In this document: piece by piece, positions 49,201 through 58,931 of the stretch
How the letters are laid out: every line of letters starts with the position of its first letter
How positions within the stretch are numbered: the first letter of the stretch is position 1
Source of the DNA: Candidatus Micrarchaeota archaeon
GTDB taxonomy: Archaea; Micrarchaeota; Micrarchaeia; Anstonellales; Bilamarchaeaceae
Assembly: GCA_038046805.1 (NCBI GenBank)
Contig: JBBSVO010000004.1
Span: 1 to 64,000 of the forward strand
Direction: 5' to 3'
Length of the DNA: 64,000 nucleotides
Notes under the pieces: generated by a model
Databases searched by the model: none
What the model was told of the DNA's origin: nothing
The model's input: the letters and a program-made list of their open reading frames with translations, nothing else
Position numbers and translations under genes: made by a program

Positions 49201-49294
49201 AAAAAACACCTTCTCTCTCGTTATTTATTTGCAACAAAACCCATCTGTTTTGAATACGCAGCGGTTCAATTTAAATGTTTCGCAGCAATTAATT

Positions 49295-51445
49295 TTAAGC
49301 AACAACTTCAGCCGTTTCTGTTGATGGTTGCACCTTCTCTTTATCCATCGCATAATCTGGATTCTTCTCCTGAACGGGCATTGCCGGACCGATTTTTGCC
49401 TTTTTTCCAGCAGTTAGAACCTGTTCTCCGCGACTACCATCGCGATAAATCGTGATTCCTTTGCATTTCGTTTTCCATGCCATCAGGTAAGCATTTTCCA
49501 CATCTTCTACTGTAGCATTGTTTGGAAGGTTTACGGTTTTACTCACGGCCAGGTCAGTATGCTTCTGGAACGCAGACTGCATTTTCACGTGAACATCTGA
49601 TTTTATGTCGTACGAAATTACAAAAACGCGTCTGATATCTTCTGGTATTTCATCAAAACCCTGAACTGACCCGCTGTCAACTACTTTCTGCATTAACTCC
49701 TGCGAATAAATCCCCCGCACCTTCAGGATATGTTCGAATACATCATCATTATAATAAAGGCGTGTGCCGTCCATCACTGTTTTCACGTATGAAAGCGCAA
49801 AGAGCGGTTCAATTCCACTGGATGTTTCCGCAATCATTGAAATTGTTCCGGTCGGTGCAATTGACGTAACGGTTGAGTTTCTCATTGCATCATATTTTCC
49901 TGCCCAGATACTGTCGGCAAAACCAGGGAAAGAGCCTCTTGCCCTGCCCATTTCATGGCTCATTTTTCGCGCTTCAGTAGTTATGAATCGCATGATCTCT
50001 TCGCCGATGTCATAAGCCATCTGTGAATCGTATGGAACACCTATTTTGGCAAGGAGTTTTGCAAAACCCATCACACCTAAACCAAGTCTCCTGTGTTTTT
50101 GGGTCATTTCACGAATACGTTCGATAGGATATTTGTTTAATTCGACTACGTTGTCAAGGAATTGCGTTGCAAGCCTTGCAACATATCTCATTCTTGCCCA
50201 GTTGATTTTCTTTTTCCAGTCTGTTTTGCTCCAGTCAAATTCAACGAATTTGGCAACATTAATACTTCCGAGATTGCAGGATTCAAAATCAGGGGCAGGA
50301 ACCTCGCCGCAGGGATTGGTGGAATTTATGGGGTATTTTGGAGTTGGATTCTCCCGATTTATCTCGTCAATAAACAAAACTCCTGGTTCCCCGGATTTCC
50401 ATGCGCTATACGCAATAAGCTTGAACAGGCTACGTGCCTTTATTGTTCGTACAGGTTTCATTCCTCTTGGACTTTTTATAATATAATCCCCGTCATTTTC
50501 AACTGCGCTCATGAACTCGTCATCTATCGCCACGCTTACGTTAAAGTTTTCAAGAACACCGGGAGTTTGTTTTGCAGTGATAAATTCTTCTATGTCTGGA
50601 TGCCATACGTGCATCACACCCATATTAGCACCTCTTCTCCTGCCGCCTTGCTTAATTATGTTAGTTGCATTGTCGAATGCACTCATAAAGGAAAGAGGCC
50701 CAGAGGCAACCCCTGCAGTTGATTTTACAAAATCTCCTTTTTGCCTTAAATAAGAGAAGCAAAAACCGGTTCCGCCCCCAGTTTTGTGGATTATTGCAGC
50801 GTATTTCACGGCATCGAATATGCCTTCAATATCGTCAGGAATGCCAATGACAAAACACGCGGAGAGTTGGCCAAGTTCGGTCCCCGCATTCATCAATGTC
50901 GGGGAATTAGGCACAAATTCAAAGCCAGTCATTATCTCGTGAAAAGCATCTTCATAATATTTTGTTGTTTCATCGTCAGCGCCAAATATCTTTTCAGCAG
51001 ATGCAAGATATTTTGCAACTCTTCTAAAAAGATGGCTGGGAGTTTCTACGACTTTTGCATTTTCGTCTTTTTGCAGATAGCGGCGCTCTAAAACCTGAAT
51101 AGAATTAAGGGAAAGTTTAAGATCATCTTTTACTCCAAGCATATGCTTCATTTCGCGTTCAACGCCCTTGCGGTGACGATAAAGGATGTATGCCTTTGCA
51201 GTAGTTGCATGGCCAGTTTCTATAAGTGCTTTTTCAACACAATCTTGAATATCCTCCACATTAGGAGTGTCTGTATCATTGAATCGTGAATGTAAAATTT
51301 CAATTGCCTTATCTGAAACATGATCTGCTTCTTTTTTGTCAGTTCCACCTACTGCCTGGACGGCTTTCCAGATGGCATCCGTTATCTTCTGCTGATCAAA
51401 ATCCATGATTTTTCCATCGCGTTTCATTATTTTTTTTACGGCCAT
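49295..51445 (-). CDS. nrdJ: Class II (AdoCbl) ribonucleotide reductase with ATP-cone
   Basis: KRDG ATP-cone, PNSPTLMNAG, SACFV, TNPCGE, CNLGSIN, APTGTIS, YRDGSR; no intein seen. Confidence 0.92.
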   Translation of the reverse strand: MAVKKIMKRDGKIMDFDQQKITDAIWKAVQAVGGTDKKEADHVSDKAIEILHSRFNDTDTPNVEDIQDCVEKALIETGHATTAKAYILYRHRKGVEREMKHMLGVKDDLKLSLNSIQVLERRYLQKDENAKVVETPSHLFRRVAKYLASAEKIFGADDETTKYYEDAFHEIMTGFEFVPNSPTLMNAGTELGQLSACFVIGIPDDIEGIFDAVKYAAIIHKTGGGTGFCFSYLRQKGDFVKSTAGVASGPLSFMSAFDNATNIIKQGGRRRGANMGVMHVWHPDIEEFITAKQTPGVLENFNVSVAIDDEFMSAVENDGDYIIKSPRGMKPVRTIKARSLFKLIAYSAWKSGEPGVLFIDEINRENPTPKYPINSTNPCGEVPAPDFESCNLGSINVAKFVEFDWSKTDWKKKINWARMRYVARLATQFLDNVVELNKYPIERIREMTQKHRRLGLGVMGFAKLLAKIGVPYDSQMAYDIGEEIMRFITTEARKMSHEMGRARGSFPGFADSIWAGKYDAMRNSTVTSIAPTGTISMIAETSSGIEPLFALSYVKTVMDGTRLYYNDDVFEHILKVRGIYSQELMQKVVDSGSVQGFDEIPEDIRRVFVISYDIKSDVHVKMQSAFQKHTDLAVSKTVNLPNNATVEDVENAYLMAWKTKCKGITIYRDGSRGEQVLTAGKKAKIGPAMPVQEKNPDYAMDKEKVQPSTETAEVVA

Positions 51446-51688
51446 ATCATCACCCTAAGAAAATCCGAGTGAACGACCGATAAATCGAATAATCGATTTA
51501 TGGTCCATAAAACGTTGCGACGTTTTATCGGACGAATCGTTCACTTCTTTTAAGTTCTTCAGTTGCCACGTCACTTCAGAACTCAAGAAAGCTAGCTAAT
51601 GTAGGAGATAATCCTTATAAATACAAGGTTCTCAGGCGCAATTTGTATTTCATATGTTTACTTTTTTGATTACTTTTCAGTAGTGATT

Positions 51689-53386
51689 TTAACATGAGAA
51701 GATGAATATTAATTTCGCCTTTGTCTTTTTGTCTAGTCTGCAGAAACCAAACCTTTCAAACTGGATTACGTCGCCTTCTTTAAGTTCCAAACAGGTTTTT
51801 TCACATAAACCAGAAACGATTTCAAGGCTGTTTTCACGATAATTACCTGAATCATCAACCAAATCCTTTGGAACAAGAACCTCGCACCTGATACTGTCCT
51901 TTGTTACCCATTGCAACTTTTTTTCTACGATTCCATCTCCTGTAAATTCGCAGACTGGGGTTTTCCCTTTTTTACCAAGCCGGACATTGTACAAGTCCTT
52001 TAACCTAAAAATCTCGCCTTCGGAGATTGAATCGTAATCCCGTTGCGGAATGAAAAATTCATTGTTTACGTCCAATTCGCGAGTTCCGAGCAAAGGATTT
52101 TTTGGATGTAAATTAAGAGTCAGCTTCTTTTTTTCCGCACCCTTTACTTTTATTTTGACTGGATTCGGTACGAAAAAATAATGCCTTGCGGTTGGATCAA
52201 GAAGCTTTCGATTTTCAACAAGAAGAGCTTCCCACGTTGGTTCGCTTTCAACTTTTGAAATTCCGAACGAAAGAACGAACTTTTTAACTGCTTCTGGCAG
52301 GATCCCGCGTCTGGCAAGACCTTTCAGAGTCGGAAGCCGTGGGTCATCCCAGCCCATGACCTTATTTTCCTTTACAAGCGGGGTAAGAAGCCGTTTTGAT
52401 ATTGGCGCGTTCTTTATCTGAAGGCGGGAAATTTCAACAAGATGCGGTTTTTTGTATCCGAGCGCATCGAACAACGTGAAATAAAGTTCGTCTCTTAGTT
52501 CGTATTCCTTTGTCCTTAGAGGATGGGTTATGCCTTCAATTGCATCCATTACAACTACTGCGAGATCATAAGATGGCCAAACAGAATATTTTTTCTTTTG
52601 TCTGTAATGTGACGAGGAAAGAATTCTTGCAAGTGCGGGATCGCGCATTACAGTATTTTCTGAGCTAAGGTTCCCCCTAAACCTAAGAATTGCCTTTCCT
52701 TCATCTATTTTTCCGGATTTCAATTTGTTCCAGAGCTCAAGATTTTGAGTAGGACCATTGCTTCGGCAGGCACAGGGATTTTTTTCTGCCCGGTTTTTGC
52801 TAATTTCATCCTGCGTGCACGTGCAAATATATGCTTTTTCCATTTGGATTAATTTTTCCGCGGCCTCGTAAATGCGCGGCAGGTTATCAGAGGTATAACT
52901 TTCACTCGCCCACTCAATTCCAAGCCATTTTAGCCCTTCTTTTAATGCTTCCACATATTCCTGGGATTCCTTTTCCGGATTAGTATCATCAAAGCGCAGT
53001 ACCATCTTGCCGCCATATTGCTTTGCAATTTCATAATCAATGCATGCTGCTTTTGCATGGCCAATATGAGGGTAGCCGGACGGTTCTGGAGGAAACCTCG
53101 TTACTACGTGCCCCTGAACAGCATTTGGAACATCAAAACCTTTTTTTTCTTCTTTTGGTTTTTCCGCAAATTCAAAACTAGAGAGTTGCTTTGCCAGGTC
53201 GTCTTTTGTGAGGTGACTTATTTCCGCAATTACATCGTTTATCTTCTTCATTGTTGATTTCATATCCGTCTTTGCATCTGGAAATTCAGCAATAACCTTA
53301 CCTACGACTGCACCCGGATTCGCCTTTCCGTAATCAAAGGCATTTTTTAGTGCATGCTTGCGGATAGTTTGTTCAAGATTAATCAT
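51689..53386 (-). CDS. gltX: Glutamyl-tRNA synthetase
   Basis: TRFPPEPSGYPHIGH, RFDDTNP, ISKR, WDDPRLPT, QFERFGF. Confidence 0.97.
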   Translation of the reverse strand: MINLEQTIRKHALKNAFDYGKANPGAVVGKVIAEFPDAKTDMKSTMKKINDVIAEISHLTKDDLAKQLSSFEFAEKPKEEKKGFDVPNAVQGHVVTRFPPEPSGYPHIGHAKAACIDYEIAKQYGGKMVLRFDDTNPEKESQEYVEALKEGLKWLGIEWASESYTSDNLPRIYEAAEKLIQMEKAYICTCTQDEISKNRAEKNPCACRSNGPTQNLELWNKLKSGKIDEGKAILRFRGNLSSENTVMRDPALARILSSSHYRQKKKYSVWPSYDLAVVVMDAIEGITHPLRTKEYELRDELYFTLFDALGYKKPHLVEISRLQIKNAPISKRLLTPLVKENKVMGWDDPRLPTLKGLARRGILPEAVKKFVLSFGISKVESEPTWEALLVENRKLLDPTARHYFFVPNPVKIKVKGAEKKKLTLNLHPKNPLLGTRELDVNNEFFIPQRDYDSISEGEIFRLKDLYNVRLGKKGKTPVCEFTGDGIVEKKLQWVTKDSIRCEVLVPKDLVDDSGNYRENSLEIVSGLCEKTCLELKEGDVIQFERFGFCRLDKKTKAKLIFIFSC

Positions 53387-53971
53387 TTAGATCGCCCACC
53401 CTGCTCGTATATATGAAATCCCCAATGCTATCAAAAGCAATCCCATTATCTTTGAAAATACGAAGATAATTTTATCCCCGAGTATTTTTTTAACACGGAT
53501 CGCATTTCTCAGTATTATCAAAGAGATAAATAGTGTGGCAGACAATGCAATTAAGACATTCCCTATGGCAAATGTTTGAACCATTATTATCAAGCTGCTG
53601 ATTAGACCCGGACCGGTTAAGAGAGGTGTTGCTATGAGCACCGCCACGGAATCAACCACATCTTTTTTATTGTGTCCATTTGACAGAGTAAAGTTCAAAA
53701 CATTTTCTAAACCTAACAAAACAAGAACCATGCCCCCGGCAATCTTGAAATCCGAAAGGGTTATGGAGAGGATTTTAAGTATCTCCATTCCTCCGAAAAC
53801 GAAGATAAAGGCTATGACTGCAGCAATCAAAACAGCTTTGTTGGCAGTACTCTTCATCTCTTCTTCTTTACAATTCCTTGTCAGCATGAGAAATGGGGGA
53901 ATACTGGCAAACGGATCCATTATGATGAATAAGGTTATGAATGGAATGAACAACGAAATTAATTCGACCAT
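53387..53971 (-). CDS. marC: MarC family membrane protein
   Basis: LFIIMDPF, FKIAGG, ATPLLTGPG, KIMGLLL. Confidence 0.92.
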   Translation of the reverse strand: MVELISLFIPFITLFIIMDPFASIPPFLMLTRNCKEEEMKSTANKAVLIAAVIAFIFVFGGMEILKILSITLSDFKIAGGMVLVLLGLENVLNFTLSNGHNKKDVVDSVAVLIATPLLTGPGLISSLIIMVQTFAIGNVLIALSATLFISLIILRNAIRVKKILGDKIIFVFSKIMGLLLIALGISYIRAGWAI

Positions 53972-54078
53972 AAATATAGGTTAAAGAGGTTAGATTTATA
54001 AATTACAGTTTCCCGCAGAAGTGCAAAAACAAATGAGGCCTGGCAGGCGGATGCAGTTAATCTTCAAATAAAAAAATT

Positions 54079-54319
54079 TGGGGTCGCCGAGATTCGTTCA
54101 ACTCTTTTGCGCCAAAGACGGAAAAGGGTTCTTGAACTCAGATCTCTGCCTTTTTATAGCCGTTTTGACTCGTGATGCTCCAGGGTTTTCCGCTGAAGCG
54201 CTTTTGCCCTGATGTTTCATTTGTCAAAAGGGCTCCCCGAAGGCAGAAGTCTACCAGGTTAGCACAGTGCCCTCAAGACCCGAAACCCGAGACTCAAGAC
54301 ACTATTAGCCCACGACCCC
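54079..54319 (-). tRNA. tRNA-Pro(CGG) with three introns (approx. 54259-54304, 54152-54235, 54094-54131)
   Basis: Spliced 73-mer: GGGGTCG/CGACCCC-A acceptor, CTGCC-TT-CGG-GA-GGCAG anticodon arm, CTGAG-TTC...-CTCGG T arm; one D-stem mismatch. Confidence 0.85.
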
Positions 54320-54328
54320 GAATTAATT

Positions 54329-55192
54329 TTAGATTACTGCAGCTAACAATAATCCAATTAATCCAATAAATAAGAACAAGAGGCTTAAATTTCTTGCCTT
54401 TTTTAGAACTGAATGAGTTGATTCTGTGAAAACGACATATGCGAGATATAAGACTCCCAAATCCGCGATTGCTACGAGTGCGAGCGGAACAATGTCTGTT
54501 TTTAGTCCGAAATAGAACGGAGCGAATGCGAGCGGAACAAAAACAACGTATAGTAATGCGGCGAATTTGCGTGCGTTGTCTGCACCGATTAAGATTGGAA
54601 GCGTGTTTGATTTTCTTGCTTTCTTGTCCCCTTCCATGTCTTCAACTGATTTTATTATTTCCCGTGCGACTCCTGCAATAAACGCGATTGCGAAAATTGA
54701 TAGGATGACGGGACTAAAGTTGATTGAATTCCGTACGACCACGCTTCCGAACAAGAACGGAATTGCCATACTTAGTCCGATATATATGTTTCCGGCAAGC
54801 GGCAAATCCTTTAATTTGTAATTATACGCGATTGCGAGAATGTTGAATATGAATGCGATTCCGAACGCGTAAATATTAATTAGAGCCGCGATTACGGTTG
54901 AAAACACCAGTGCAATTATTGAAAACCAAAGTGCGAATGCCGGAGAAAGTTCTCCTCTAACGAGCGGGCGATCTTCTCTTTTGTTTATCCTGTCCGATTC
55001 CACGTCAAGATAATCGTTCAATGCAAATGAGCCCATTTCACTGAAGATTGGGACTAAAAGCGAGAGAAGGATAACGAACGAGAATAGTGGTATCGAGCCG
55101 CCTGCAATTATTTCTCCTATCAGCACTGCTATTGCAAACATTATCGCATGCTCGAAACGAGTAAGACGAAGGAATGCTGAGAGTGAGACCAT
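54329..55192 (-). CDS. UbiA prenyltransferase (probable DGGGP synthase)
   Basis: NDYLDVESDRINK..RPL..G, REIIKSVEDMEGD, TLP. Confidence 0.88.
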   Translation of the reverse strand: MVSLSAFLRLTRFEHAIMFAIAVLIGEIIAGGSIPLFSFVILLSLLVPIFSEMGSFALNDYLDVESDRINKREDRPLVRGELSPAFALWFSIIALVFSTVIAALINIYAFGIAFIFNILAIAYNYKLKDLPLAGNIYIGLSMAIPFLFGSVVVRNSINFSPVILSIFAIAFIAGVAREIIKSVEDMEGDKKARKSNTLPILIGADNARKFAALLYVVFVPLAFAPFYFGLKTDIVPLALVAIADLGVLYLAYVVFTESTHSVLKKARNLSLLFLFIGLIGLLLAAVI

Positions 55193-55243
55193 AAACAATT
55201 CATGATGTTCATCTTTATAAATCTTAAACAAATGAAATATTTT

Positions 55244-55720
55244 ATGAACAAAATATTCATGAGTATTATTCTAGTTGGAGTGCTGCTGTTTGCTGGTTGC
55301 GTAAACGTTGCTGATACATCCGAAACCAAAAAGGATAGTTCCAAACAAAAAACCTTAACATATGTTGAAAAAACTACGGAAGATACAAAAACAACCAAAA
55401 CAGAACCTGCCAAGAATAGCATGGTCTTAGAAGATGGAACAATCTTATATGAAGGCAGTTCTACTGTAGATCAGAACGTCTACGGATTTTACCGTATGAA
55501 CAAAAATGGGATCCCGGAAGTTCGTATATGTAATAATTATAATTCAACGAAACACATAACATTAGATGTAACCTCTGAGATTGATAAAAATACGAATCTG
55601 GTCTATAGCTATTTTGTTGATATTGCAGGGGCTAACTGCAGCAAAATGACCAATCTGCAAGATAAAACCTATGAAATAACTGATGTCAAAATCTTAGAAG
55701 TAGGAGAACCTATAAAGTGA
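55244..55720 (+). CDS. Hypothetical lipoprotein-like exported protein
   Basis: Signal ending LFAGC and Thr/Lys-rich linker. Confidence 0.65.
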   Translation: MNKIFMSIILVGVLLFAGCVNVADTSETKKDSSKQKTLTYVEKTTEDTKTTKTEPAKNSMVLEDGTILYEGSSTVDQNVYGFYRMNKNGIPEVRICNNYNSTKHITLDVTSEIDKNTNLVYSYFVDIAGANCSKMTNLQDKTYEITDVKILEVGEPIK

Positions 55721-55763
55721 ACTTAGAGTCAATCTTTTAATTCCTCTCTTCCTATTGAAACGC

Positions 55764-56720
55764 ATGGCAAACTCTTACAAGGTCGAACTCATTTCCCAGG
55801 AGCAGAAAGAAACCGAAATGCGCCGAATATACAAGGGCGCACTTTACCAGAAAAAAGCGGACATTCACGGTACATGCGTCAAATTCTTCACAGATAATCA
55901 ACAATTCAAGGAGATGTGGGAAGATAATTTCAGGCATATGCTGGAAGGAATAAGGCCGCATTGCCGGATTTTCTCGGTTTCGGATTCAGCTGGAAATGGC
56001 GCGAAACGATTGCGAGTTTTGTACGAGCCGCTCTCAAAAACAGTTATCGTGAAAAACTGCGGCTACTATGGCTGGGTAAAAAGCATCGCGCTTGCGCTTG
56101 TCGCGGATTTTTTCGAGGATTTCACATCCGAGCACCGCAGATATTCAATCCATGGTTCTTTTGTTGATTTTGGCGGGCGTGGAATTGCGATAATTGGTCC
56201 GAGCGGAAGCGGGAAAACAACGCTTACTTATGGTTTGCTTCTTGGTCGCGGGGCTAATTTCGTTACTGATGACTGGTTTTTTGTGAGATTAATGGGCGAG
56301 GATACGCTCGTTTTCTCATCAGAAAAGAATTCCTACATTCGGGATGATTTAGCACATAATTGGCCAACACTTGCTGCAAAACTACATGGGATTTCAAAGG
56401 ATGCTCACGGACGCTCGGTTGTTGATGTAAAACACATTTTCGGAGAGGAAAAAGTGCGTGAACGGTCAGTAATGCAAGCTATCGTACTCCTGACACGAGA
56501 AAAAGGAAAACAACCATTTGCGAAACTGACTGCGATGCAAGCCGTGGCGTTCCTGAAAAAGAATGATTTTTGTAATCCACACCAGCTCAGGCGGGACAAA
56601 AAGAAAATGAAGACAAGGGCGCAATTCTTCAGCGAATTATTTTCACGCGTTCCAGTTTATCTTCTCAATACGATTGAAACACCAAAAGAGAGTTTGGAAA
56701 GGATTAAAGGGATTCTATAA
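55764..56720 (+). CDS. HPr kinase-like P-loop protein
   Basis: IHGS...IIGPSGSGKTT, FVTDDW. Confidence 0.75.
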   Translation: MANSYKVELISQEQKETEMRRIYKGALYQKKADIHGTCVKFFTDNQQFKEMWEDNFRHMLEGIRPHCRIFSVSDSAGNGAKRLRVLYEPLSKTVIVKNCGYYGWVKSIALALVADFFEDFTSEHRRYSIHGSFVDFGGRGIAIIGPSGSGKTTLTYGLLLGRGANFVTDDWFFVRLMGEDTLVFSSEKNSYIRDDLAHNWPTLAAKLHGISKDAHGRSVVDVKHIFGEEKVRERSVMQAIVLLTREKGKQPFAKLTAMQAVAFLKKNDFCNPHQLRRDKKKMKTRAQFFSELFSRVPVYLLNTIETPKESLERIKGIL

Positions 56721-56744
56721 GTTTAGTCGTCCCAATCCCGCATA

Positions 56745-57875
56745 CTAAGCTGGGTGATAATATCGTTTCAAAGACTCGCAATCATGACATTCATAAAACT
56801 CCGTAAGATGCTTTTGAATTTCAGATTTTGTGCTGTTGAATACTTGTCTCCAGAATTGCTTCTGTAACCTTCTTTCAGGAATAATCTGATTCGCATATCT
56901 CGCAATATGCATCATTGCCATTTCATCCTCACGCTTTGGAATTCCAGTTCTTATTTTGTAAAAAACTCTGGAGAATATGCACGTAACTAGTTTTGTATTT
57001 GAAGACGGGATACTCGCCGTGGCCATTTTCATAATAGCATTATAAAAACGAAGTAATTCGATATCTTTTTGGAATACTGAAACTATAGCCCTGCCCGCAG
57101 AACGGCTCTCAGTATATGGAATTGCAAGGTCTTCGGTCAAACGGATCAGGCACGCATTTCGATCCATTCTGTCCGCAAAACTCCTAACTTTAAGCGTATG
57201 AAACTGACCATATTCGCATTGCACTGTTTGTGTGTCCTGTTCCCATCGTGCAATGTCTTCCTTTGCTCTTCTCACTTCATCTTCATATTTAGTTTCCTCA
57301 TCCAAAATTTTATTTTGACAGTTCATACGTTTAAGTGAAACTGGAGATGGCCGTTCTATTATACCGTTATCGCGCATTCTACTCATAATGATTCTGATAG
57401 TGTTTATGCTAATCAATGGGTGGTTCGGTCTTATAGCATTAAAAACATCGAGAGGCAGTATTTCGTCTTTAGGAATCCCTTTACCAAGCATTTCCTTAAC
57501 TATAAACTCCTCTATGGTTTTCGCTTCTTCTTGGGTTGGAAGTGCCAAAACACACGCTTGCTGCAATAAATCTGGTTTTAGCAACGTGAGTACTCCTTCT
57601 TTTCTTAATTGAAGGAACAAACTTCTTACTTCAGATGATCGGATATCTGGATAACGCGGTTTTAAATCCCGCACTACCTCAGAGGCCATTAGGCTATCTG
57701 GGGCTGCACCCTCGTTAAGCATTTTAAGCACATGCTCACGTACGATGGCGTTAACCTCTTCTCTGCTTAGCGGTTTTGTGCATGGCTCATCAGGAGCAGG
57801 TTTTGCTGCAGCAGACATTCGTTTGACTGCAGGTGGCGGAGTAGGAGGAGCTGATTTAGTTGCTCGAACTGACAT
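56745..57875 (-). CDS. Hypothetical protein with two tandem wHTH-like repeats
   Basis: EVVRDL..RYPDIRSSEVRSLFLQLRKEGVL vs DVFNAI..NHPLISINTIRIIMSRMRDNGII. Confidence 0.55.
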   Translation of the reverse strand: MSVRATKSAPPTPPPAVKRMSAAAKPAPDEPCTKPLSREEVNAIVREHVLKMLNEGAAPDSLMASEVVRDLKPRYPDIRSSEVRSLFLQLRKEGVLTLLKPDLLQQACVLALPTQEEAKTIEEFIVKEMLGKGIPKDEILPLDVFNAIRPNHPLISINTIRIIMSRMRDNGIIERPSPVSLKRMNCQNKILDEETKYEDEVRRAKEDIARWEQDTQTVQCEYGQFHTLKVRSFADRMDRNACLIRLTEDLAIPYTESRSAGRAIVSVFQKDIELLRFYNAIMKMATASIPSSNTKLVTCIFSRVFYKIRTGIPKREDEMAMMHIARYANQIIPERRLQKQFWRQVFNSTKSEIQKHLTEFYECHDCESLKRYYHPA

Positions 57876-57998
57876 GATATGAACTGTTGTGCAAAGGAAA
57901 TAAAAAGGATATTATTAGAATAGTATTGTGGTGAAGCTATTATGGATTGAAATTTTTAAGAGAAAATTTCAAATATAAAAATTTATGGTGAAATTTTT

Positions 57999-58931
57999 AT
58001 GGTACGTAACATTACTCTTGGTCTAATCCAAATGAGCATGTCCACAGATAAGGATGCGAACTTAGCAAAGGCAGTGCGAATGATTGGGGAAGCTGCAAAG
58101 AAAGGCGCGGATATTGTTTGTTTGCCGGAATTGTTCAATGTTGTTTATTTTCCGCAGGAGGAAAAGGCGCAAGTTGAAGCCGAAGAAATTCCTGGAAAAA
58201 CAACTGCTGCACTAGCCGAGGCCGCGAAATCCAACCGCGTAGTTATTGTTGGCGGTTCAATTTTTGAAAGGGATACTACGGAAAAATTAGGAACGCGCGG
58301 AAAAACAACAAAAAATTACAATACAACTGCAGTCTTTGATGAAACCGGAAAGATGCTCGGAACATATCGGAAGATTCATGTTCCGCACGATGAGAATTTT
58401 TACGAGCAGAATTATTTTGAGCCGGGAGATTTGGGCTTCAAAACGTTCAAAATTGGCGGCAAGACACAAAACTCAAGACCCGAGACCCAAAACTCTAAAC
58501 AGGAGACCGAGAACTGGAAACTGGCAACCCTGATTTGTTACGACCAATGGTATCCAGAAGCCGCACGCAGTGTTGCATTGATGGGCGCTGAGATTGTTTT
58601 TTATCCAACTGCAATTGGAACAGTGCAAGGAATTGAGCAAACAGAAGGAGACTGGCATAACTCCTGGGAAACAGTAATGCGTGGCCATGCTATTGCAAAT
58701 GGAATGATTGTTGCAGCAGTGAACCGGGTCGGAACCGAAGGAAAAATGGATTTCTGGGGAGGCTCGTTTGTCTGTGATGCGTTTGGAAAAATAATCGCAA
58801 AGGGAAGCAGGGACAAGGAAGAGGTAATAATCGCTAAATGCGATATTGACCATGGTAAATCCGTGCGGGATGGATGGAGATTTTTCTATAACAGAAGACC
58901 GGAGACGTACGGAATGCTGACAAAAAAATGA
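57999..58931 (+). CDS. aguB: Carbon-nitrogen hydrolase, probable N-carbamoylputrescine amidase
   Basis: CLPELF, YRKIHVP, ICYDQWYPE, YPTAIG; near aguA. Confidence 0.88.
   Translation: MVRNITLGLIQMSMSTDKDANLAKAVRMIGEAAKKGADIVCLPELFNVVYFPQEEKAQVEAEEIPGKTTAALAEAAKSNRVVIVGGSIFERDTTEKLGTRGKTTKNYNTTAVFDETGKMLGTYRKIHVPHDENFYEQNYFEPGDLGFKTFKIGGKTQNSRPETQNSKQETENWKLATLICYDQWYPEAARSVALMGAEIVFYPTAIGTVQGIEQTEGDWHNSWETVMRGHAIANGMIVAAVNRVGTEGKMDFWGGSFVCDAFGKIIAKGSRDKEEVIIAKCDIDHGKSVRDGWRFFYNRRPETYGMLTKK
58461..58523 (+). repeat. Nine degenerate heptamers, in frame within aguB
   Basis: AAGACAC AAAACTC AAGACCC GAGACCC AAAACTC TAAACAG GAGACCG AGAACTG GAAACTG. Confidence 0.8.

Noticed and set aside
49295..51445. 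Intein or intron in nrdJ
   Set aside because: Motifs are contiguous and the length is ordinary.
54079..54319. tRNA-Arg(TCG) reading, and ORF 54172-54369
   Set aside because: The Arg register leaves a 3-nt variable loop, while the Pro(CGG) register fits canonical spacing. The ORF is antisense to the tRNA.
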